A DNA stretch of 64,000 bases, taken from NCBI GenBank assembly GCA_031551135.1, contig JAVBOA010000026.1, positions 26,683 through 90,682 on the forward strand, read 5' to 3'. Positions 9,590-17,254 of the stretch are shown piece by piece. Every line of letters begins with the position of its first letter. Position 1 is the stretch's first letter. This DNA comes from Eubacteriales bacterium (GTDB lineage Bacteria; Bacillota; Clostridia; Lachnospirales; JAITVM01). A program made the translations under genes and the position numbers. Under the pieces are notes generated by a model, which saw only the letters and a program-made list of their open reading frames with translations, did not search any database and was not told the DNA's origin.

Positions 9590-10648
9590 ATGAAGAAGGA
9601 ACTTTTTTTTAGGACGGCTGACTTACTTAGTATCAAAGAATTGGATAATGGACCAATTTATAAAAATGAATTGACACAGTATTTTTTCTATCTTGATACG
9701 TATCTTACTATTGCGGAAGAATTTTTTGTCTCGTTTGATTTAGATAGTATTGCAAATAAGACTGATTTATTTATAGAGGGGCTAAATAAACAGATTTATG
9801 CTTTGAAAAAATTGAATCTGGAAAAATTGATGGAACAAACAGAAAATCTGATAAAACTCATAGAAAATAAGGAGTTTGAAAAATCGAAAGAGGAATACAA
9901 AAAATTGGCCATTGATAACGAAGAATTGTATTCTAAAATAAATAACGCAAATATAAGTAAGGGTATTGATGGAGAAGTTATTAAATATAACGAAACTATC
10001 AGAAAAAATTCAGTTTTTTATAAAAAAGTTCAGAAATATAAAACTTTGCCTCTGGAAACATTGGATAAAGGAAAAGTAGAGGAAATGCTTAAACTGGTAA
10101 ATGATTTTCAGCTTTTGGAAGCAGGGCATGTTCTGAGCACTGTAATGCAAAAAAAATACGGCGAAAAAATTGATTATTTATTAATTGAGCTGAAACACAA
10201 TTTTGATAATTTCGAGGCTGCCGCCGCACAAAAAACTCTGACAAAAATTGCGTTTGCTTCAGCCGATAAAAATGCAGTGGCCACAGAAAAGAAAAGCATA
10301 CTTGCGATAGATGACAATGTCGGGGTTTTAAATACGTTAAAGGCCATGCTGAAAGATTATTATGAATTATTTTGTATTCCGAATCCCAATGCAGTTTTTA
10401 AATTTTTGGAAAATAGAGAAAGCTTAGACATGATTCTGCTTGATATAGAAATGCCTGAAATGGATGGCTATGAGCTTTTGACATTAATCAAAAAATATAC
10501 TAAATATGAAAAAATACCGGTGATTTTTCTAACCGGAAATGCGACCAAAGACCATTTATTAAAAGCAGTTGAAATGTCCGCTGTTGATTTTATCAGTAAG
10601 CCGGTAGATTTGGAGACACTTTTATCAAAAATAAAAAAACATATATAA
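9590..10648 (+). CDS. response-regulator receiver protein with uncharacterised helical N-terminal domain
   Basis: C-terminal REC (ILAIDDN, LLDIEMPEMDG, FLTGN, SKPV). The N-terminal ~230 aa have no recognisable output domain. ATG 9590 follows GAGGTGG and overlaps the kinase stop. Confidence 0.8.
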   Translation: MKKELFFRTADLLSIKELDNGPIYKNELTQYFFYLDTYLTIAEEFFVSFDLDSIANKTDLFIEGLNKQIYALKKLNLEKLMEQTENLIKLIENKEFEKSKEEYKKLAIDNEELYSKINNANISKGIDGEVIKYNETIRKNSVFYKKVQKYKTLPLETLDKGKVEEMLKLVNDFQLLEAGHVLSTVMQKKYGEKIDYLLIELKHNFDNFEAAAAQKTLTKIAFASADKNAVATEKKSILAIDDNVGVLNTLKAMLKDYYELFCIPNPNAVFKFLENRESLDMILLDIEMPEMDGYELLTLIKKYTKYEKIPVIFLTGNATKDHLLKAVEMSAVDFISKPVDLETLLSKIKKHI

Positions 10649-10673
10649 TCTACCTATCTTATTTTATTATAGA

Positions 10674-10702
10674 TTGACAATTACGAAATTATTTAGTAGA
10701 AT
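10674..10702 (+). promoter_or_regulatory. sigma-A type promoter of the malonate decarboxylase operon
   Basis: TTGACA - 17 nt - TAGAAT. Confidence 0.6.
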
Positions 10703-10706
10703 AATT

Positions 10707-10780
10707 GTGAGAGATTTGAGAGATATATTTAGAAATTTGAGACAAATTTAATAATTTAGAGTGTATGAGGATACAGTAAG
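10707..10780 (+). promoter_or_regulatory. leader with periodic (G/U)AG repeats, candidate HutP-family binding array
   Basis: TTTGAGA 10715, TTTAGA 10728, TTTGAGA 10736, TTTAGAG 10755, then GAG 10767, CAG 10774 and AAG 10778. The register is about 9-10 nt, and the last triplets lie in the 5' arm of the terminator. Confidence 0.5.
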
Positions 10781-10819
10781 CCATGTTTGGTCATGGTTTT
10801 TGTGTCCTTTTTTTATTTT
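10768..10819 (+). terminator. leader (attenuator) terminator upstream of the mad operon
   Basis: AGGATAC..GCCATG TTTGGT CATGG..GTGTCCT extended stem followed by TTTTTTTATTTT. It sits between the promoter and the first RBS (AAAGGAGGTG). Confidence 0.65.
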
Positions 10820-10838
10820 CGCTAAAGGAGGTGAATAT

Positions 10839-11138
10839 ATGCTGGCAGGACAGGACATATCGTTTGCACAATCAATTGTAATTTCTTTATCCGGCATGGC
10901 AATCGTAATGCTGGAATTGGTATTATTGGCTTTAGTAATTATTGCATTATCCAGAATAATAGCTAAATTTGAAAAAAAAGATACACCGCAAAAAGCAGTT
11001 GCACCGGCACCGGCGCAAGTAGTAACAGCGATTCATGATGAAAATGATGATGAATTGGCGGCAGTAATGGTAGCTGTTTGTGAAGAATCAAAAATTCCGC
11101 TGAACGAAATCGTATTTAAGAATATTCAAAAATTATAA
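10839..11138 (+). CDS. OadG-like small membrane subunit of Na+-translocating decarboxylase
   Basis: ATG 10839 follows AAAGGAGGTG; the track ORF from 10761 would read through the terminator. One TM helix plus an Ala/Pro stretch; it lies next to the biotin carrier and beta-subunit genes. Confidence 0.6.
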   Translation: MLAGQDISFAQSIVISLSGMAIVMLELVLLALVIIALSRIIAKFEKKDTPQKAVAPAPAQVVTAIHDENDDELAAVMVAVCEESKIPLNEIVFKNIQKL

Positions 11139-11158
11139 AATAAAAGAGGAGAATTGAA

Positions 11159-11548
11159 ATGAAATATATCGTAAAAGTTAATGGAAAAGCATATGAAGTT
11201 GAGATAGAAAGAAGCACAGCAGGAGGATATGCAGCACCACAAATGGCAGCACCGGCATACGCAGCACCACAAATGGCTGCACCTGCATATGCTGCACCGA
11301 CACCTGTACATACACCTGCGCCTGCTGCATCCGCCGGAGCAGAAGTAAGAAGTCCGCTTGCCGGAAATATATTCAATATTTTAGTAAATGTCGGAGACAG
11401 AGTTGCTTTCGGTCAAAATTTAATTGTTATTGAAGCAATGAAAATGGAAAATGAAGTTGTTTCTCCATGTGAGGGAGTTATTAAACAAATTTTAGTATCA
11501 AAAGGCAGTGTTGTTGACGCAGATGATGTTTTGATAGTTATCCAATAG
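11159..11548 (+). CDS. biotin carboxyl carrier protein of malonate decarboxylase (MadF-like)
   Basis: C-terminal biotinyl domain with EAMKMENE. The Ala/Pro linker contains a tandem AAPQMAAPAY duplication. Confidence 0.85.
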   Translation: MKYIVKVNGKAYEVEIERSTAGGYAAPQMAAPAYAAPQMAAPAYAAPTPVHTPAPAASAGAEVRSPLAGNIFNILVNVGDRVAFGQNLIVIEAMKMENEVVSPCEGVIKQILVSKGSVVDADDVLIVIQ

Positions 11549-11577
11549 AATTACAAAATTATAAAGAGGTGAAATAA

Positions 11578-12723
11578 GTGAACTTTATTGATGTAATTGT
11601 TGAAACTGCCAAAGCGTCGGGTTTTGCGGCTATGACTTCTCAGCAGGGTATAATGCTGTTGGTTTCTTTCGCGCTTCTGTACCTCGCGATTGTAAAAAAA
11701 TTCGAGCCATTATTACTTCTTCCGATTTCTTTCGGAATGCTTTTAGCAAATTTGCCTTTGGCAGGGCTAATGTATGAATCGACTGAACATTGGTATGACT
11801 CCGGTGTTCTGAGAAATATTTATTATGGTGTAAAATCCGGAATTTTTCCATGTTTAATATTTATGGCTGTTGGTGCGATGTCGGATTTCGGTCCGCTTAT
11901 TGCAAATCCGATAAGTTTATTATTGGGAGCGGCAGCTCAATTAGGAATTTATATGGCGTTTACTATTGCTAATAATATAGGAATTTTCACGCCCGAACAA
12001 GCGGCGGCTATTGGAATAATCGGAGGCGCAGACGGTCCGACCGCTATTTTTCTGGCCTCAAAGATCGCGCCGGAGCTTCTGGGGCCGATTGCCGTCGCGG
12101 CGTATTCATATATGGCGCTGATACCATTAATTCAGCCGCCGATTATGAGATTGCTCACAACTAAAAAAGAACGTGAAGTAAGAATGGATCAATTGAGAAA
12201 AGTAAGTAAAACTGAAAAAATTATGTTTCCTATTTTTGTTACGGTAATTTGTTCTTTAATGCTTCCATCTGTTGCACCATTGATTGGTATGCTTATGTTG
12301 GGAAATCTTTTTAAAGAATCCGGAGTTGTTGACAGGCTCAGCGACACGGCTCAAAACGCTTTGTGTAATATCGTTACAATACTTCTCGGTGTGACTGTCG
12401 GCGCGACAGCAGACGGAAAAGTATTCCTTCAAGTTCAAACTCTTGCTATCGTTGCGCTTGGACTTATCGCATTTGCTTTTTCTACAGCCGGTGGTGTATT
12501 ATTAGGTAAACTATTATATATTATTACCAAGGGAAAAGTAAATCCGTTAATCGGCTCCGCCGGTGTTTCGGCAGTTCCGATGGCAGCGCGTGTTTCTCAA
12601 GTAGAAGGCAAGAGGGCAAATCCGACAAACTTTTTATTGATGCACGCTATGGGACCGAATGTTGCCGGTGTTATTGGGTCGGCGGTTGCCGCAGGATTCT
12701 TCTTATTGCTTTTCTCTAAATAA
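11578..12723 (+). CDS. madB: Na+-translocating carboxybiotin decarboxylase beta subunit (OadB/GcdB/MadB family)
   Basis: 381-aa polytopic membrane protein with [14 protein letters not shown] and [13 protein letters not shown] motifs typical of the beta-subunit family. Confidence 0.9.
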   Translation: MNFIDVIVETAKASGFAAMTSQQGIMLLVSFALLYLAIVKKFEPLLLLPISFGMLLANLPLAGLMYESTEHWYDSGVLRNIYYGVKSGIFPCLIFMAVGAMSDFGPLIANPISLLLGAAAQLGIYMAFTIANNIGIFTPEQAAAIGIIGGADGPTAIFLASKIAPELLGPIAVAAYSYMALIPLIQPPIMRLLTTKKEREVRMDQLRKVSKTEKIMFPIFVTVICSLMLPSVAPLIGMLMLGNLFKESGVVDRLSDTAQNALCNIVTILLGVTVGATADGKVFLQVQTLAIVALGLIAFAFSTAGGVLLGKLLYIITKGKVNPLIGSAGVSAVPMAARVSQVEGKRANPTNFLLMHAMGPNVAGVIGSAVAAGFFLLLFSK

Positions 12724-12774
12724 TATATAATTCTCCTAATTATTGCGGAGAGAATATTTAGAGAAGGTGGAAGT

Positions 12775-13221
12775 ATGGACTCGATTTTTAACCCGAATTG
12801 TGAAGGAATAGGTTCAACGGTCGGCTATGCGGCAATGCTTTTGGCTATGACCAGAACTTTAATGGACGAAGATATTTTAAAAAAAATTATAGAAAAAGAA
12901 AAAAAATTGAAATTTGTTGTGACAGAAATGGGTGGAAAATCTAACGGAGATTTTCAGGAAAAAATAAGCAAAGCGGTTTTGGGCGCAAGCCTGAACGGCG
13001 GTATTATAAAAAAAGACGCGGCGAGTATTCACGCTGTTTTGCATGCCGCAGAGGAAGCGAAACGCGGAGTTTTGATTAATATGACTTCGATTACTCAAGT
13101 TGCGCTGAAAATAGCCATAGTGCGTGATGAAACATGGATAGCCGTGGCGATGTTTGGCGAGTCGTTTATTCACCCTGTTACAAATCATGAACGTTGTGGG
13201 CTTGGGATAATGCATATTTAA
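12775..13221 (+). CDS. hutP: HutP-family RNA-binding antiterminator-like protein
   Basis: 148 aa, the same size as B. subtilis HutP. The C-terminus ...AVAMFGESFIHPVTNHERCGLGIMHI parallels HutP ...AVSLYGTIGAPIKGLEHETFGVGINHI, and LHAAEEA parallels LYHATMEA. Confidence 0.75.
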   Translation: MDSIFNPNCEGIGSTVGYAAMLLAMTRTLMDEDILKKIIEKEKKLKFVVTEMGGKSNGDFQEKISKAVLGASLNGGIIKKDAASIHAVLHAAEEAKRGVLINMTSITQVALKIAIVRDETWIAVAMFGESFIHPVTNHERCGLGIMHI

Positions 13222-13290
13222 AGCGGTTTGTTTTTTTTGAAAAATATCATTTGAATAAGAAATGAACCGCATATGATGAGGAGGTATCAG

Positions 13291-14955
13291 ATGCAGAACC
13301 AAAAACGTTGGAACACTTTGAAAAGAGATTATGTAGATAGAATCAGATCGGCGATACCGTATGTTAAGTTTGGAAAAAACGTTGACGCGAAAGATGCGGT
13401 CGCGCTTTTGGAAACTGTGATAAAACCTTTTGATAAAGTAAATATAGAGGGCGATAACCAAAAACAGGCAGATTTTTTGGCAGAATGTCTTTGCAAAGTG
13501 AATAAAGAAAAAATAAATAATCTTCATATAGTACAGTCGGCGGTTTCCTTGAGCAGCCATTTGGAGCTTTTTGAAAAAGGAATTGCAAAAAAACTTGACT
13601 TTTCTTTTTCCGGACCGCAGTCGCAGAAAGTCGCGAAACTATTAAAAGAAGGAAAATTGGAGCTTGGCGCGATACATACATATATGGAGCTTTACGCCAG
13701 ATATTTTATGGACTTAACGCCGCGTGTTGCTTTAGTAGCCGCATATCAGGCAGATAGGCAAGGTAATTTATATACAGGCTTTAATACCGAAGATTCGCCG
13801 GTTGTTATTGAAGCTACGAAATTTAAAAATGGAATAATTATTGCACAAGTAAATGAAATTGTTGACCGGCTTCCTAGGGTTGATATTCCTGCGGATTGGG
13901 TCGATTTTGTAATACAATCTCCAAAACCGTTTTATGTTGAACCGCTTTTTACAAGAGACCCGTATTTAATCAGCGATGCGCAGATTTTGCGTGCTATGAT
14001 GGCGATTAAAGGAATTTATGCGGAATACGGCGTACAAAGATTGAATCACGGTATTGGTTTTGATACGGCGGCTATCGAACTTTTGCTTCCGACTTATGGT
14101 GAAGAACTGGGTTTGAAAGGCAAAATTTGTTCTTATTTCGCTTTGAATCCGCATCCTTCATTAATTCCGGCTATCGAAAGCGGCTGGGTAAAATCTATTC
14201 ATTGCTTCGGCGGTGAATTGGGAATGGAAGAATATATTCGCAACCGTACAGATATTTTCTTTGTCGGGCCGGATGACAGTCTGCGTTCGAATCGTGCTTA
14301 TTCGCAAATGGCAGGGCATTACGCTTTGGATATGTTTATCGGCGGAACTCTGCAAATTGATGAATTCGGAAACAGCTCTACGGCAACCGCCGACAGAATA
14401 GCAGGATTTGGCGGAGCGCCGAATATGGGAAGCGATTCGAAAGGAAGACGGCATTCCACAGCCGCGTGGTTAAAATGCGGAAGTGAATACGGTATGCAAA
14501 AGCAATTGATTGGCGAAATGCCGCGCGGAAAACGCCTTGTTGTTCAATTGCAGGAGACCTTCAGAGAAAAATTAGCGCCGGGTTTTGTAGAAAAATTAGA
14601 TGCATGGGAATTGGCTGAAAATTCCGGATTAGATATTCCGCCGGTAATGATTTACGGTGATGATGTTACTCATATCGTAACCGAAGAGGGAATCGCGTAT
14701 CTTATTAAATGCGAAAGCCTTGAGGAACGAACTGCGGCAATCAGGGCAGTTGCCGGATTTACAGATGTCGGATTAAAAGCGGATTCTTTGAAAACAAAAG
14801 AATTACGAAAAAAAGGAATTGTTAAAACTCCGGAAGATTTAGATATTGATATAACACGTGCTAACCGAAACCTTTTGGCCGCCAAAAACGTAAGAGAATT
14901 GGTCAAATGGTCCGGCGGTCTTTATAATCCGCCAGCGCGTTTCAGAAACTGGTAA
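13291..14955 (+). CDS. mdcA: malonate decarboxylase alpha subunit (acetyl-S-ACP:malonate ACP transferase)
   Basis: About 554 aa. The EGDNQKQADFL motif and overall length match MdcA/MadA. ATG 13291 follows AGGAGG. Confidence 0.9.
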   Translation: MQNQKRWNTLKRDYVDRIRSAIPYVKFGKNVDAKDAVALLETVIKPFDKVNIEGDNQKQADFLAECLCKVNKEKINNLHIVQSAVSLSSHLELFEKGIAKKLDFSFSGPQSQKVAKLLKEGKLELGAIHTYMELYARYFMDLTPRVALVAAYQADRQGNLYTGFNTEDSPVVIEATKFKNGIIIAQVNEIVDRLPRVDIPADWVDFVIQSPKPFYVEPLFTRDPYLISDAQILRAMMAIKGIYAEYGVQRLNHGIGFDTAAIELLLPTYGEELGLKGKICSYFALNPHPSLIPAIESGWVKSIHCFGGELGMEEYIRNRTDIFFVGPDDSLRSNRAYSQMAGHYALDMFIGGTLQIDEFGNSSTATADRIAGFGGAPNMGSDSKGRRHSTAAWLKCGSEYGMQKQLIGEMPRGKRLVVQLQETFREKLAPGFVEKLDAWELAENSGLDIPPVMIYGDDVTHIVTEEGIAYLIKCESLEERTAAIRAVAGFTDVGLKADSLKTKELRKKGIVKTPEDLDIDITRANRNLLAAKNVRELVKWSGGLYNPPARFRNW

Positions 14956-14969
14956 GGAGGGTTCAAGAA

Positions 14970-15296
14970 ATGGCGTTAAATGAAATTACTTTTAGTTTTA
15001 CACCGCAAAGTAAATTTATTACTATAGATAAAGAATGGTCACATAACGGCGTTGTTGGGTCGGGAGATTTAGAGGTACTGATTCGTTTTAAAGAACAAAA
15101 AGGACTTGTTAATGTAAAAATTAATACACCTGTGAGCGGATTCGATGACGTTTGGAAAAAAGTAATCAGCAAAACTCTTTCAGAAATTAATTTGGGAAAC
15201 GCTGACATAGAAATTAATGATAATAACGCTACTCCTTTTATAGTGGCAATGCGCATAAGGCAAGGGATTATTGAGGCAAAAGGAGGCGCTGTTTAA
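14970..15296 (+). CDS. mdcC: malonate decarboxylase acyl carrier protein (delta subunit)
   Basis: 108 aa. GVVGSGDLEVL surrounds the prosthetic-group serine, as in MdcC/CitD. Confidence 0.85.
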   Translation: MALNEITFSFTPQSKFITIDKEWSHNGVVGSGDLEVLIRFKEQKGLVNVKINTPVSGFDDVWKKVISKTLSEINLGNADIEINDNNATPFIVAMRIRQGIIEAKGGAV

Positions 15297-16261
15297 TGAT
15301 TAAATGGAAAGATGCTCAGAATTTGAGCTTTTATGAATCGTCGGCAAGAACAAGAGCGTTTAATCTTCCTGACGAAAATACTTTTACAGAGCTTTTAGGC
15401 CCTGATAATTATGTTACTTCTCCGCATTTGCCAGTACTTGGCGAAGCTGTATCTTTTGATGACGGCGTTGTAACCGGTGTTGGCATGATTGGTAAAAGAC
15501 CTGTTTTTATAATTTCGCAAGAAGGAAAATTTATCGGCGGTGCTGTCGGCGAAGTTGGCGGCGCAAAGATGGTTGGGATTTTCAAGCTTGCACTTCAAGC
15601 TTACGATAAAATAAAAGCAAAATATCCGAATGATTATGAAAGCCGCATTCCGGCTGTAATTATATCTTTTGAAACAGGCGGTGTGCGCCTGCACGAAGCT
15701 AACGCCGGACTTTTGGCACATGCCGAAGTTATGGAACTCATACAATATTGCCGTGGAAAAATCCCTGTAGTTTCGCTTATTGGCAGTAAGCTTGGATGTT
15801 TTGGCGGAATGGGATTTGTTTCGGTTGCAACCGATGTTGTAATAATGAGCGAATTAGGAAGAATCGGTTTGACCGGTCCGGAAGTTATTGAAGAAGTAAT
15901 GGGTAAAAAAGTATTTGATTCGTCGGATAGAGCTATGATTTACCGTACTACGGGCGGCAAGCATAAATATATACTCGGAGATTGCAATTATCTTGTTTCT
16001 GATACAATCGGCTCTTTCAGAGAACAATTAATTGATTTATTAAAAATGTCTTATGCGGATATCGCTGCACATAGAATAATCGGAACTTTTGATTTGGTTC
16101 AGGAACAGCTTGGACTTGTAGATTTAGCCGTAAGGCTTGCCCCAAAAGATTCTAAAGATGTTTGGGCGTATTTCGGAAATCCAAATCCGGATATTATTCA
16201 AGACCAATCCTACGAAGAATTTATTTCAAGCGCAAAAGTAAGACAAAGGGGGACAGTGTAA
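15296..16261 (+). CDS. mdcD: malonate decarboxylase beta subunit (carboxyltransferase, MdcD/MadC)
   Basis: 321-aa carboxyltransferase-fold protein. The ATGA overlap with mdcC indicates translational coupling. Confidence 0.85.
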   Translation: MIKWKDAQNLSFYESSARTRAFNLPDENTFTELLGPDNYVTSPHLPVLGEAVSFDDGVVTGVGMIGKRPVFIISQEGKFIGGAVGEVGGAKMVGIFKLALQAYDKIKAKYPNDYESRIPAVIISFETGGVRLHEANAGLLAHAEVMELIQYCRGKIPVVSLIGSKLGCFGGMGFVSVATDVVIMSELGRIGLTGPEVIEEVMGKKVFDSSDRAMIYRTTGGKHKYILGDCNYLVSDTIGSFREQLIDLLKMSYADIAAHRIIGTFDLVQEQLGLVDLAVRLAPKDSKDVWAYFGNPNPDIIQDQSYEEFISSAKVRQRGTV

Positions 16262-17127
16262 TGGCAGGTTTAGTTGGAAAAGGCAGAGATGCTATTGCAA
16301 TGATTGTTGACCCAAATAGTTTTAACGAAAATATTATCGGAAATTATTCTCAAGACCCAAACCTTGGGCCGGGAGCGGTTATCGGTACGGCTTTGATAAA
16401 TGGAAAAAATGCAACAATTATTTCGAATGATGCGATGGCTAAAAATAAAAAATTCCCTCTTGTTTATTCGGGCGTTATTGGCTTGGAAGAAGGCTATAAA
16501 ATGGCTATAGCTGTTTACAAAACAATCGAGGCAGACGAAAATTCACCTGTAAAGCGACCACTGGTATTGATTGTAGATACACCCGGCAATGGTTTGGGAA
16601 AAATCGAAGAAATTTTCGGTATGAATAAATCTACAGGCTCGTATCAATTGGCTTTGACGGAGGCTAGGCAAAAAGGACATCCCGTAATTGCGGTTATAAT
16701 CGGAAGAGCGATAAGCGGCGCATTTTTATGCCACGGATTGCAGGCTGACCATATTATTTCGCTTTCGAAGGATTTCGGAACAATGATTCATGTTATGCCG
16801 CTTGTTGGTATTGCGCGCATCACAAAAATGGATATTGAAACATTAGAAAACCTTGCAAAAGTCAATCCGGTTTTTGCCGCCGGTTCAGATTTCTTTTATA
16901 AACTCGGCGGAGTTGAAGAAATAATCGAAAAAATCGAAGATATTAGAAATATTGTGATTAAGCATATAAACGAGGTTTATGCTTTGACAGCATCGGGAAG
17001 CTTAGAAAAAACAGGACCTTGCAGCCGCGGCGATTTGGGCAATCAAAGAGGCGGACGGAAAACAAGACCTGAGGTACTCAAAAAAATGTACGCTCAATTT
17101 GATGAAATTGAGTCGAAATATTTGTAA
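16261..17127 (+). CDS. mdcE: malonate decarboxylase gamma subunit (carboxyltransferase, MdcE/MadD)
   Basis: ATG 16261 overlaps the mdcD stop (TAATG). The 33-codon extension in the track ORF lies inside mdcD. Carboxyltransferase-like (VDTPGNG). Confidence 0.8.
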   Translation: MAGLVGKGRDAIAMIVDPNSFNENIIGNYSQDPNLGPGAVIGTALINGKNATIISNDAMAKNKKFPLVYSGVIGLEEGYKMAIAVYKTIEADENSPVKRPLVLIVDTPGNGLGKIEEIFGMNKSTGSYQLALTEARQKGHPVIAVIIGRAISGAFLCHGLQADHIISLSKDFGTMIHVMPLVGIARITKMDIETLENLAKVNPVFAAGSDFFYKLGGVEEIIEKIEDIRNIVIKHINEVYALTASGSLEKTGPCSRGDLGNQRGGRKTRPEVLKKMYAQFDEIESKYL

Positions 17128-17156
17128 TACTATTTACCTTTAGGCGGGAAATAGTA
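17128..17156. repeat. TIR-hairpin element, minimal form (29 bp, two termini only)
   Basis: TACTATTTACCTTT AGGC GGGAAATAGTA starts immediately after the mdcE TAA. Confidence 0.8.
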
Positions 17157-17177
17157 TGAAAATCAGAAAACGGCTTA

Positions 17178-17219
17178 TACTATTTTCAATATAAAGAATA
17201 GAAAAAAATGGAAATAGTA
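17178..17219 (-). repeat. TIR-hairpin element, short form (42 bp)
   Basis: TACTATTTTCAATATAAAGAATAGAAAAAAATGGAAATAGTA. Confidence 0.9.
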
Positions 17220-17254
17220 TTAAACGCCGTTTTCGATTCTTTGGAGTGATATAT

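Noticed and set aside
10761-10838. N-terminal extension of the OadG-like ORF given in the track.
   Set aside because: The extension would be translated through the leader terminator and the AAAGGAGGTG RBS. ATG 10839 is the supported start.
11116-11376. Minus-strand ORFs (86 and 61 aa) rich in Ala/Gly/Cys.
   Set aside because: They are the antisense of the GC-rich Ala/Pro linker of the biotin carrier. This is a compositional artefact.
12877-13560. 227-aa minus-strand ORF overlapping the hutP-like gene and mdcA. The same applies to many other antisense ORFs (e.g. 1954-2352, 4027-4416, 8153-8557, 15395-15745, 17371-17739, 43608-43973, 53664-54041, 58519-58899).
   Set aside because: Each lies antisense to, or in another frame of, a gene with strong family motifs. 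Their translations are low-complexity or hydrophobic artefacts of AT-rich DNA, and they lack RBSs.
16162-16260. 33-codon N-terminal extension of mdcE.
   Set aside because: It lies entirely inside mdcD in another frame. ATG 16261 overlaps the mdcD stop (TAATG), which is typical coupling.
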